A stretch of DNA of 64,000 nucleotides from Nitrosopumilales archaeon (GTDB lineage Archaea > Thermoproteota > Nitrososphaeria > Nitrososphaerales > Nitrososphaeraceae). Numbering within the stretch: the stretch's first letter is position 1; each line of letters opens with the position of its first letter. Shown here in pieces: positions 9,612-18,875 of this stretch. A program made the translations under genes and the position numbers. Location: assembly GCA_044507735.1 (NCBI GenBank), contig JBIQJB010000009.1, positions 1 to 64,000 of the forward strand. The letters run 5' to 3'. The notes beneath the pieces were generated by a model that worked only from the letters and a program-made list of their open reading frames with translations, was not told the DNA's origin and did no database searches.

Positions 9612-10373
9612 ATGCCTACAAACCTTCGAGTCCACGTCTCACCGGTTGGATTTGATCCTCAGGAGCGCGTAACGGCCCCACTGATTGAATACCGCGCCGA
9701 CAAGGTTTATCTTGTATCAAAAAGCAAGGACGATTCTGCCGCTCACCGGCTGAAACAAGTCCGCAAGGCCCTTGAAAAGCATCCACACATTGAAGTCCAA
9801 GATGTCTATGTGAATATCTGGGATCTTTTTAGCTGTCTAGAAAAATTCCGGACAATCTTTGACTCGGAGAAAGGTAACCACATTCACGTCAATGTCTCCA
9901 CCGGGAGCAAGATTGTATCTATAGCAGGTATGCTAGCGTGCATGCTCTGGCGCGGCACTCCTTACTACGCCAAACTGGATTATAATGGTAGTGGACCTTC
10001 TTCCAGTCCAGAACAGCGCAGGGTAATCGCTACTGAATTCCTGCCTGTTTATCAGATAAACATGCCCCAGCCAGAATTGCTGCAAGTACTGTCGATTGTT
10101 CATGGTAACGGCGACAGAATTAGTAAGAAGGAATTGATTGAAGAATTGCAAGGTCTGAGGATGATTCCGGTGTACGGTCCATCCCAAACAAAGAGTGCTC
10201 CACACAGCAGATTGCGAGCGATACTCGAGCCGCTTGAGAATCACTGGCAATTTGTCCAGGTCGATGCCAGGGGGAGAAGAAGCCAAGTTTCGCTTACTGA
10301 GCAGGGAAAAAGGGCTTTGAGAATATTTGGCAGTGGGGAAATGCTGGCGCAGCAACAATATCGCACGCCATGA
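9612..10373 (+). CDS. DUF6293/HFX_2341-type CARF-like Rossmann plus wHTH transcriptional regulator (Csa3-like architecture)
   Basis: RVHVSPVGFDP.RV, ADKVYLV, VNVSTGSKI and YY motifs. C-terminal wHTH (ISKKELI...LEPLEN...VSLTEQG). Confidence 0.82.
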   Translation: MPTNLRVHVSPVGFDPQERVTAPLIEYRADKVYLVSKSKDDSAAHRLKQVRKALEKHPHIEVQDVYVNIWDLFSCLEKFRTIFDSEKGNHIHVNVSTGSKIVSIAGMLACMLWRGTPYYAKLDYNGSGPSSSPEQRRVIATEFLPVYQINMPQPELLQVLSIVHGNGDRISKKELIEELQGLRMIPVYGPSQTKSAPHSRLRAILEPLENHWQFVQVDARGRRSQVSLTEQGKRALRIFGSGEMLAQQQYRTP

Positions 10374-10539
10374 GAAGCGCTTGGCAATTGGAAGTAAGCC
10401 TCTGTTGCAAAAACAAAATTGTCTTCAAAATGCGATGATTGGCAAGCCCTGCAAGCGACAGCTACGGCATTTGTTGTGAGCACAAGGGTGGTAGCTTCTG
10501 TCTGCCGTATGTCAGCAGCCTGGACGCGTTATTATCCGT

Positions 10540-11097
10540 CTATGCTCGTTTCTTATAGATCAGGACGGCCGCTCTTTCCAGATTCTTGACTGCGTTTGAG
10601 ACTGATACCAGCGCTATGCCGGTCAGTATTCCTCCCACTCCAAGGGCCAGAACTGTCACGGAACCAAAATACAATCCATCCTTCAGAGCGAGGGCACCGT
10701 ACCCTACAGAGTGGATCAAGTTTGCTGTATGCCTGAAATCATCTCCGATATTTTGCATGTTGTCCGCCAAGGCCTCTAGGTTCGAGCCCATGTCATTCAG
10801 CTGGTTCCTCTGTGATGACAGATCGAAAAGTCCCACGCAGCCTCCGTCCTCAGAACAGGGGAGGGAATTGCCAAAATTCTGCAGTCTGATGCCAACGTCC
10901 CTCAGGCTGCTTGAACCGCTATAGAACTCACCCTCTGTTCCGGGATTGTAGTTTATCAAATCCCATCCAACCTTATTCAGGCTGTCCAAGGCAGGAGGCA
11001 ACACTATGATGAATGTGTATGCGGCAAGACCCGTCGTTCCGATGCCCAAGATTAGGACCACTACCGCCAGCGCGGCTATTACGCTATTGGGTCGCAT
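10540..11097 (-). CDS. Hypothetical membrane protein, two TM helices flanking a helical extracellular domain
   Basis: N- and C-terminal hydrophobic helices, heptad-like middle region and one Cys pair. Confidence 0.65.
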   Translation of the reverse strand: MRPNSVIAALAVVVLILGIGTTGLAAYTFIIVLPPALDSLNKVGWDLINYNPGTEGEFYSGSSSLRDVGIRLQNFGNSLPCSEDGGCVGLFDLSSQRNQLNDMGSNLEALADNMQNIGDDFRHTANLIHSVGYGALALKDGLYFGSVTVLALGVGGILTGIALVSVSNAVKNLERAAVLIYKKRA

Positions 11098-11311
11098 GTC
11101 ATCGCCCTCCCCGTCCTTTTTCTTGCGCCGTCTGTCGTCTTTTGATCATCTGTCTGGCGAATGGCGATGGATTTATTGGATCTGCTGGAGCTGCCGACAT
11201 TGCTTTGGGCTGAATCGTTGATGAGTATTGATCGCTATCAATTAGCATGTTCAACTTACTTTGGTAGAACTTTTACGTCATTCGAAGAAAAAATAATTAA
11301 GACAATCCTGA

Positions 11312-11385
11312 CGCGGGGTAGCAGAACGGTTTACTAGCATGATAGGCGCGATTCGGACTCTGGTTCAAATGTTGGCACAATTTTC
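11312..11385 (+). pseudogene. Degenerate tRNA-like sequence
   Basis: CGCGGGG-TAGCAGAACGG fits the acceptor 5' strand and A-box (U8, A14, GG). GGTTCAAAT starts at position 51. The anticodon, T and acceptor stems do not pair. Confidence 0.4.
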
Positions 11386-11986
11386 CTTTAAGATGCCAAA
11401 GTTACTCTGGGCTACAGCGTCCTCTGGGTATTTGCATGAAGTAGGTCCTGTTCTAGAAGAGCAAATATGGTTCAAGGGGTGCGAGCAAAAGGCAAACAGC
11501 CTTCCATCTAATGCACTGGAACGCGCCCCTCTGCGATCTTCTCAATATGGGCTAACACATCTCTACTGATCTCACACGCGCGAGTTTACACTGTGGGGAT
11601 GCTCTTGCAGCAACCCTGATAGGTGTCTTTTAGATGATGACATGGAAAGCTCGCAGGCAGCGCCAGAAGCAAAAATCGGTCTGCCTCTCTTTGCACAGAG
11701 ATAAAGAGGATCTAATCTGGTCATTCAATAATACCAACGAGATAAATCCTGGGCAGCAGTAATGGAATTCCGCAATGAAAAAAATTGAGATGGGTTACCA
11801 GATGGTCTCTTTGGCAATGCATGCTTATATGGAACAGCTTGACCCACTGGTGGCTACAAGGTCTGCAATTTCCTGAGCATTTTAGGTCGAGCTGGAATGA
11901 TAAGTTCAGAACCAGCCTGCTAACTGAATCCTAGTCCAATATCCCGGTTCTGTTATATGCAATATTGCGCATGTGAACGTGTCCTG

Positions 11987-12874
11987 ATGATAAAGCGGGC
12001 TAGGCCGGTATGTGGGAATTGCGGCGACGGCCAAAAGGTAACTGACACTGAAACGGGCGAGCTCATTTGTATCAACTGTGGCTTTGTCATACGAGAGCGC
12101 CTGGGCAACGAAGATGAAGGCTGGAGTCTACCTGATAGGGAGCCAGAAAGCAGATTGAGGACAAGCCCGACGTCACTTGCTCGCTCTGGCATGGGTCTCT
12201 CTACAATCATGGGGCGGCCAGATAGGAGCGGCGGCAGGGGGATCAATGCAGCCATGCGGTCCACGTTCGACCGGCTCAGGGCGTGGGATTTTCGGATAAA
12301 GGGTCAGGACGAGCGGACTCTCCGGCGCGCATTTGTAGAGCTTGACAGGCTTCGAAGCTCACTCGGACTGTCAGATGCTATGGTGGAAAAGGCAGCGTAC
12401 ATCTACAGACGGGCTCAGGAGCAAGGGCTTGTCAGGGGCAGAACAATGCGGGCCGTCATGGGAGCAGCCATCTACATCGCGCAGAGAGAGATGGGCATCT
12501 CCGGCACGCTCGATGATGTGATTGCTGCAACCAACACGAAGGAGAAAGACCTCGCAAGATCTTACCGGATGCTCTTGCGGGAACTCGATCTGAAGGTGCC
12601 GATGCTAGATCCTTTAAAGTGCGTCTCCCGTGTGGCTGGCAGGGCCAACATCAGCGAGCGCACAAAGCGAAAAGCCATGGCTATCGTTTCCAACGTCATG
12701 AAGAAGGGACTTGCCGTTGGCAGGAATCCGATGGGTCTTGCAGCGTCTGTCTTGTACATCGCCTGCGTCAGTAGCGGCGAACCGAAGAGCCAGGCTTCGA
12801 TTGCAAACGCTGCGGGAGTGTCGGAGGTAACGTTGAGAAAGAACCAGCAGATGATAATGCGGAAAGTGACCTAG
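11987..12874 (+). CDS. tfb: Transcription initiation factor IIB (TFB) paralog
   Basis: Zn ribbon CGNC..D.ETGELICINCG, GLSTIMG, two cyclin repeats and C-terminal GVSEVTLR. TATA-like TTATAT at 11953. Confidence 0.93.
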   Translation: MIKRARPVCGNCGDGQKVTDTETGELICINCGFVIRERLGNEDEGWSLPDREPESRLRTSPTSLARSGMGLSTIMGRPDRSGGRGINAAMRSTFDRLRAWDFRIKGQDERTLRRAFVELDRLRSSLGLSDAMVEKAAYIYRRAQEQGLVRGRTMRAVMGAAIYIAQREMGISGTLDDVIAATNTKEKDLARSYRMLLRELDLKVPMLDPLKCVSRVAGRANISERTKRKAMAIVSNVMKKGLAVGRNPMGLAASVLYIACVSSGEPKSQASIANAAGVSEVTLRKNQQMIMRKVT

Positions 12875-13257
12875 TCCTCGAAATTCCCCCCCCCATCTTT
12901 CCTGCAGGTTTTTGGATACGTCACCAGCCGTTCGATTGTTGTGGCGTATTTTTCCATATGCAGTGGCAAAAAGTGCTCTACCTTCCGTATGGGCTGCGAT
13001 TAGTGATTGGAGCACATTTTTTGATTCCTGCCGTTTCAGACTGCTGCGCTCGTTGCCGAGCAATCAAAGGTCCAGCAATGACATAATTGTGGAGTACAAC
13101 AACGGCATGGAAAATCCCTAGTTAACAACAAGATGAAGTGCAATGCACCCGCCTTCCAATAAAGGAACAGGCGTAGACAATGACTACAGCATTACACGTT
13201 GCTTCTGCATGAAAAACATGTAGGAAGGGCATTTTTCGAATATGTTGCATCTCTCTT

Positions 13258-13422
13258 TTAGGCTACTTCAAGCAGGTTAAATTCAAGATCATTGTCGTAT
13301 TCCCCATTCATTATCTCAGTCCAACATCTCTTGCAAAACGAATCGTCTTCGACCAATCGCTGTTCAAACGTAACATCAGAAGGATCAAATTCATCCAAGC
13401 ACATCACGCAGAAATTCGCCAT
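13258..13422 (-). CDS. 54-aa CxxC/CxxC zinc-finger microprotein (not in ORF track)
   Basis: Hand translation gives MANFCVMCLDEFDPSDVTFEQRLVEDDSFCKRCWTEIMNGEYDNDLEFNLLEVA*. Confidence 0.6.
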   Translation of the reverse strand: MANFCVMCLDEFDPSDVTFEQRLVEDDSFCKRCWTEIMNGEYDNDLEFNLLEVA

Positions 13423-13977
13423 ATCCTCACTACAACTAATTCTACTTGCTTATGAATTTGGTGCAAGCTTGTTCTATTATGGAATTAAGGACGAAAAAGC
13501 TCCTGCCGTCTGTGGCGATGTGACAAATCGAAGTCACATCTCTGTTAGATAACACTCTTGAGAAATAGTCTCGGTTCATCGAGGGAGGCTACTAACGAGA
13601 CGATGATAGCGAAGTTGAAAGCGAGTGGCTTTTCAGTGGATTGGCGAGGACCAGCGCTTTTTTCTTAACAAATATCAAGGCGTCCGTCTGCCAAAGACAC
13701 AGCTTGCCTACGCTATTTGCGCATTCCTGCACCTACTTCCATATCGCAACATGGCTCCGCCTCCTGGTTGGCGCCCGTGATTGACTTGTGGCTTTTGCAG
13801 CTTGGAACTGCTGGGATTGAAATACAAGAAAAATGCATATCTGGATAGAGATGTGTATTTTCTCTTTCTAATGATACAATCAAGATCTAGGATAGTCCTA
13901 GCTTACATGGTACCCTAACAGGGTCCTATGTTACTGCAGCTTGCTTAAATGCTACTGCCGCTTGCCTATAGTTGCAC

Positions 13978-14751
13978 ATGCAACAAGTGAGTAGGACGTT
14001 TCATGCGTCCAAAGACACTAAGGTAGAGATAGACGAGATCAAAGATGGCATTTATAGGATATCCGGATTTGTCAAGGAGTTCGGGATAACATTCAACCAG
14101 TTCCTTGTCAACGACGAGCAGCCGACGCTCATCCACACCGGGCCCATAGGGATGTACGAGCAGGTGGAGCAAAGAGTAAAGGAGGTCATTCCACTTGAAA
14201 GGCTGACCAATGTCGCCTTTTTGCACTTTGAGAGCGACGAATGGGGAGGCATGGAGTTTCTGAAGGCACCAAAGGCTAGGCTCGTTTGCAGCGACCTGAG
14301 CTCAAAACTCAACCTAGTAGGATGGTACAACATGCCCGCGGATCACATTTCGTTCTGGGACAATGAGACCCTGAGCACTGGGAAGCGAACATTCAGATTC
14401 ATGATGACCCCGCACGTGCATCACTGGGACAGCATGATGATCTTTGAAGAGAGCACAAAGTCGCTTTTCCCATCCGATCTGTTTCTCCAACCGGGGCAAA
14501 ACAAGCCCGTCATATCCGACGACCTATCAGAAAGCATGATCAACGTGTACCGTAAGGTAGGAATTTTTGCAAGCGAGCAACCTGTTAGGCAGACCGTGGA
14601 GAGGCTAGTAAAACTAAAGCCAGAGATGGTCTATCCTATGCATGGTTCGTGCTTCGACGGGTCGGTTTTCCCGAAATACGCCGATGCGTTGATGAAGAAC
14701 GAATTTGCGTATTCCGGAATGCTCCTTGGACAAAAGTTGGAAATCAGCTAA
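13978..14751 (+). CDS. Stand-alone MBL-fold di-iron protein (flavodiiron N-domain/ODP-like)
   Basis: FNQFLV.DE..TLIHTG, HFESDE, TPHVHHWD, LFPSDLF and PMHG motifs. No flavodoxin domain. Confidence 0.85.
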   Translation: MQQVSRTFHASKDTKVEIDEIKDGIYRISGFVKEFGITFNQFLVNDEQPTLIHTGPIGMYEQVEQRVKEVIPLERLTNVAFLHFESDEWGGMEFLKAPKARLVCSDLSSKLNLVGWYNMPADHISFWDNETLSTGKRTFRFMMTPHVHHWDSMMIFEESTKSLFPSDLFLQPGQNKPVISDDLSESMINVYRKVGIFASEQPVRQTVERLVKLKPEMVYPMHGSCFDGSVFPKYADALMKNEFAYSGMLLGQKLEIS

Positions 14752-14959
14752 TGATGGACGCAGGAACCCTGCTGATGTGCGAAGACGATGTCTAACAGAT
14801 TTATGCCCGGATCTTGGGGGATTGCATTCGGGCCGTTTCCTACTTGCATCCGGCCGCCGGTTATGTTCGAGCTGCCTGGCGGCCACCCAGAATGACGATT
14901 GCAAGCCAATTGCCCAGTTTTTGAATGTTTTTTTGCTACTGCTCGCACGATACTGCCCA

Positions 14960-15094
14960 AGGAGATGTTCTGAGAAGCTAGTTACCTTGAGCTTTGGAAA
15001 GTTAGAATTCGAGTACAAGCTCCAAAAGGCAGACGGCAGCTTGGATGCTCCGATAAAAGTTGGATACGACCTAAAGACGAACCGGAGAATATAG
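14960..15094 (+). pseudogene. C-terminal remnant of an Hcp (T6SS/phage-tail tube)-like gene
   Basis: VTLSFGKLEFEYKLQKADGSLDAPIKVGYDLKTNRRI* matches my recollection of the Hcp C-terminal consensus. No intact N-terminal part. Confidence 0.6.
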
Positions 15095-15206
15095 ATCCAC
15101 CATCTTCTATCATTTCTTGTGTTGAGATACAGTAGAGAAGTTGTTGTTTTTCTAAAACCTGTATAGCCTATTTTGCGCACAGAGCTACATGGGTAAAGGG
15201 GATGGG

Positions 15207-15401
15207 ATGAAGATAATCGCGTCCGACTTTCAATGTTTTGTGTGCGGCGCAGTTTTCACCACAGACCAGGACAGGCGCCAGCACCTTGAAAAGGAGCTGG
15301 CAGGCAAGGCTCGCGACGACGCAACAAAGCAGGACATCACGACTGCAAAAATGCAAACCGAGTTGGCGGAAGTTAACCGTCAACCATACGAGTCTGTCTG
15401 A
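15207..15401 (+). CDS. Small C2H2-like zinc-finger protein
   Basis: FQCFVCGAVFTTDQDRRQHLEKE motif. Confidence 0.75.
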   Translation: MKIIASDFQCFVCGAVFTTDQDRRQHLEKELAGKARDDATKQDITTAKMQTELAEVNRQPYESV

Positions 15402-15859
15402 CATCCTCTCCATGCCGCGGAGGGGTACGCTGACGTTCACTCTCCGTCATGTAGTTCCTGTATATTACCACCACACCTGGAGATCCCGGTACATGTCACT
15501 ACTGATGCCTTCACACAGACACACCATATTTGCCTGTACCTCTGCGGAGAGGAGTCTTCCCGCTCTCCTCTTCGCCTGCTCTCTGTCACTGTATTGTCTT
15601 GACTGTGGCTTGTTGATTCTTCTCTGCATCGCCCTTATCTTCGACCTTGAGGCCACGCTTTTCGGCATTTCACAAGCCGCAGAACTTCTCGCTGGATGAG
15701 CAAGTGCTGCGCATCACTGATAATCCATGCGACCCTGACGGCGATTCGTCCTAGTCATCCCATGTTCTAAGGAAAATGGCCTTCTAACAATGTTCTTGTG
15801 ATTGCACCACAGTGAGCGACCATAATTAAATTTTAATACAATAACGCAGAACAGTAGTT

Positions 15860-16408
15860 GTGTCACAGGTCCTCATAGTCGAGGACGACAGTATTGCAGC
15901 AATGCAATACAAGGTCGCCTTAGAAGCGAGAAAGCACAAGGTTCGCATCACACGCGATGGCGAGGAATGTCTTCGAGCGTATAGCGAAGCACTCTCTGCA
16001 TCGAGGTCCATGGATCCTGAGCTTATGACGCATCCATATGATGTGGTCATAATCGACTTCAGGATTCCCAAGATCAACGGCGCCCAAGTCGCAATGGAAA
16101 TTCTCTCATTCAATCCGCGACAAAAAATAGTGTTTGCTACCGCATATTTGAGCGAGCTTATGAATCATTTCCCAGACATTGCGCGGTTGGGGCGCTACAT
16201 CTCTATTCTTCCAAAGCCTTTCGAATATCGCCTCTTGATAGATGAGGTTGAAAGCAGAATAATTCGGGACCAGTTACAGGCATTGGGGGTTGATGTGGAT
16301 GCATTATTGGCAGCAGGTGCCACGCATGATAAGCTTGTGGCACTGCTTGAAAAGATCAAGGCACTTTCGGATGATGATAACAAAGACAACGGCAGTTCGC
16401 TCCGATAG
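15860..16408 (+). CDS. Response regulator receiver (CheY-like) with C-terminal extension
   Basis: VLIVEDD, YDVVIIDFRIP..NG, FATAY and KPF motifs. Confidence 0.92.
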   Translation: MSQVLIVEDDSIAAMQYKVALEARKHKVRITRDGEECLRAYSEALSASRSMDPELMTHPYDVVIIDFRIPKINGAQVAMEILSFNPRQKIVFATAYLSELMNHFPDIARLGRYISILPKPFEYRLLIDEVESRIIRDQLQALGVDVDALLAAGATHDKLVALLEKIKALSDDDNKDNGSSLR

Positions 16409-16456
16409 TGTCAGATAGGGCAGCACTTGTGAATCAAGGTTGTAAGCAGGATATTA

Positions 16457-17902
16457 TCAATGTGCTACAGGAAGATCGATGGTAAACGTAGCCCCGCCTG
16501 TTTCATTATTGGCTGCAAAGATCAGGCCGGCGTGGGCGGTTATGATTTCCTTTGATATGTATAATCCCAGACCTGTGCCCTTGTTGTCACCATCTGCCTT
16601 GGAGACGAACTTTGTAAACATCCTTGACAGGACCTCCGGGTCAATTCCCCTGCCAGTATCGCTTATTTCGATCCTAACTCTGTCAAGGTCTTGTATTTTC
16701 CTGAGAGTGATTGTAATTTTGCCCCTTGCGGTGAACTTGATAGCGTTGCTGACAATGTTTCCAAGTGCGTGCGTCAAAAGCAGCGCGTCTGCCATGACAT
16801 ACAAATCCCGGCAACTCCCGCTTTCCAATATCAGATCTATTGCAATGTCCTTGCCTATCAAAGTGCTACTTCTTAACGGAGAAAGCATGTCTCTCACCAA
16901 GTCATAGATTTTGATCCTCTTGAAGTTGCAGGCTAGAACGCCGGACTCGATTCTGCTTACATCAAGCATGTCGTTCGCAGTCTGCTGGAGTTCTTTTGCG
17001 AGCTGCAATATCCCATCCAACGCTTCTTGCTGTGCAATGTATCCTTCCTTGGAGAGCTGGGCGTACCCCAATATCGGCTGTATGGGCTTCTTCAGCTGGT
17101 GCGATACAAATCCTATGAACTCTTTTTGTGTCCTATCATACTTTCTCAGCCGGTCGACCATTTCATTAAAGGAATAAGCGAGATTGGATATCTCGTCCTT
17201 GCCGTAATCCGACTTTACGGTGACATTGAAGTTCCCGTTCTTTATCTCATCTGCAGCTCTTGTGATGTCAATCACTGGCCTCACCATCCTGATGATCACA
17301 TATAGCATCAAAAGATGAAACCCGACATTGGCAGCGAGCAACGATATCTGCATTTGAACCAGGTTCTCGGATTTTTCCCTGGCATTGCTACTCAGCTGTT
17401 CAACTAGGTCATCTGATGCGCCGATCAGATTGCCTCCGGCCACTTCAATTTCGGCGATGGACATCTTTAGGTCAGCGAGACCCGCAGCATGGGCTCGGGT
17501 TTTCTCGTTTATGGAATCCTTTAGTTCAAGGCGCCTTTCATTGATCACGTCCCAGTACGGGTGGTACATGGGTGAAAGCGGCTCGAGGTCTTGATCCGAG
17601 ATATGGCTTCCTGCTTTAAGAGCATCGATGGTGGAATCAAGCTCAGAGAGAGCTCTGTCAAGTTCTGATATCTCTGATTGCCCCAGAAGATATTTTTCAA
17701 CATGAAGAATCACCTCGGAAGTAAGAAACCGATTCTTCCCAGCAATATTGATCGAGTTGCCAATCAAAGCCGACTGCGATTCAAAGTATGTTAGTATTGC
17801 AAAACTGGCAATGATTAAGGCTATCTCTATGGCTACCAAGATGCCGATTCGTGTAACAATACTTCCTTTCTTGAGAGTCAGGAGGGAGTGTCTTCTCCGC
17901 AT
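16457..17902 (-). CDS. Sensor histidine kinase: PilJ/NarX-like extracellular 4-helix sensor, HAMP, HisKA and HATPase domains
   Basis: TM followed by SINIAGKNRFLT, second TM, HAMP (DEISNLAYSFNEM), H-box SHQLKKP, N-box NIVSNAIKF, DTGRGI and GTGLGL. Confidence 0.92.
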   Translation of the reverse strand: MRRRHSLLTLKKGSIVTRIGILVAIEIALIIASFAILTYFESQSALIGNSINIAGKNRFLTSEVILHVEKYLLGQSEISELDRALSELDSTIDALKAGSHISDQDLEPLSPMYHPYWDVINERRLELKDSINEKTRAHAAGLADLKMSIAEIEVAGGNLIGASDDLVEQLSSNAREKSENLVQMQISLLAANVGFHLLMLYVIIRMVRPVIDITRAADEIKNGNFNVTVKSDYGKDEISNLAYSFNEMVDRLRKYDRTQKEFIGFVSHQLKKPIQPILGYAQLSKEGYIAQQEALDGILQLAKELQQTANDMLDVSRIESGVLACNFKRIKIYDLVRDMLSPLRSSTLIGKDIAIDLILESGSCRDLYVMADALLLTHALGNIVSNAIKFTARGKITITLRKIQDLDRVRIEISDTGRGIDPEVLSRMFTKFVSKADGDNKGTGLGLYISKEIITAHAGLIFAANNETGGATFTIDLPVAH

Positions 17903-18256
17903 ATGGGTTAATCTTTTAAAGATATAAACAAGCGCGTTTTTGACCGCTTCTCCAGTCGAAACCACAAAAGACAGCGAATAAGTACGCAACTTATTGCCAA
18001 ATCTGTCAGCCTGCATCCGGTATTGCAATCTTGAAAATTTGGATAGTATTATCCGGATAGGGTGCATTGTAGAGCATGCAGGGACTTTGCAATAGCCTTA
18101 GAACTCCGCTCGTTCTCTACATGCTCTACCGAAAATGCTACTGTATAAATAAACCAAAAGTTTCTTCAGATCGCACAATCCAGACTCACAATCAAGTTTT
18201 GAAATAATGTAAACTACTCCAACAAAGTTTTAAGGAATGGTAATGCTCGGCACGCA

Positions 18257-18874
18257 ATGCAAGAAAGGCATCCACCAGAAAACAACCAACGTCAATACGT
18301 CCTTCTGAGACGTGGGTGGACCGTTAGAAGACTCTGGATCATATCCATTGTCGGGCTAACAGGGCTAGCCCTGGATGCAGCATTCCACACACTCAGTTCG
18401 GGAACGCCACTGACCATTATCTTTGACGGGGCGGATTTTTCAACCGGGGAGATGGTCCTGACTACTTCCCCAGAGATCGCGACGCTATCCTGGGTAGGGC
18501 ATACAATGTTCTTGGCGGCATTTGCTTTGCTGATAGTGCTACCGCGGGTTTTCTTCGGCAAATCTCCTTGGATGGAGCCGGCAGCCGGCGGACGGAGATG
18601 GTCAGTGCTGAAGCAAGGCCGCACCGTGACGCAGCTTTGGATGGTAGCAATGGTCGGGCTGGCAGGAATGTCCCTTGATGTCGCCTTTCACTGGTTGCAA
18701 GACGGCTCGCCTGAGCAGGTGCTGATCAACGGCACCGATGATCCAAACCCTGCAATTGGTGCACTCGCGCTGGCCGCGCATGTAATGTTCATAGGCGCGT
18801 TCACAATGCTGATCTTTCTGCCAAAGATACTCTTTGCTAGACACACCACGACGATGCCAGTTGCAAACAGGTAA
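18257..18874 (+). CDS. 4-TM membrane protein made of two tandem repeats, each with DxxFH...H
   Basis: LALDAAFH..VGHTMF..LPRVFF is repeated as MSLDVAFH..AAHVMF..LPKILF. Confidence 0.8.
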   Translation: MQERHPPENNQRQYVLLRRGWTVRRLWIISIVGLTGLALDAAFHTLSSGTPLTIIFDGADFSTGEMVLTTSPEIATLSWVGHTMFLAAFALLIVLPRVFFGKSPWMEPAAGGRRWSVLKQGRTVTQLWMVAMVGLAGMSLDVAFHWLQDGSPEQVLINGTDDPNPAIGALALAAHVMFIGAFTMLIFLPKILFARHTTTMPVANR

Positions 18875-18875
18875 G

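Noticed and set aside
15420-15760. Possible decayed gene on the minus strand
   Set aside because: Purine-rich and coding-like, but all frames are interrupted and no family could be identified.
18257-18874. Calling this protein a true amoC paralog
   Set aside because: Length, two-repeat architecture and His spacing differ from AmoC. Only the motif analogy is reported.
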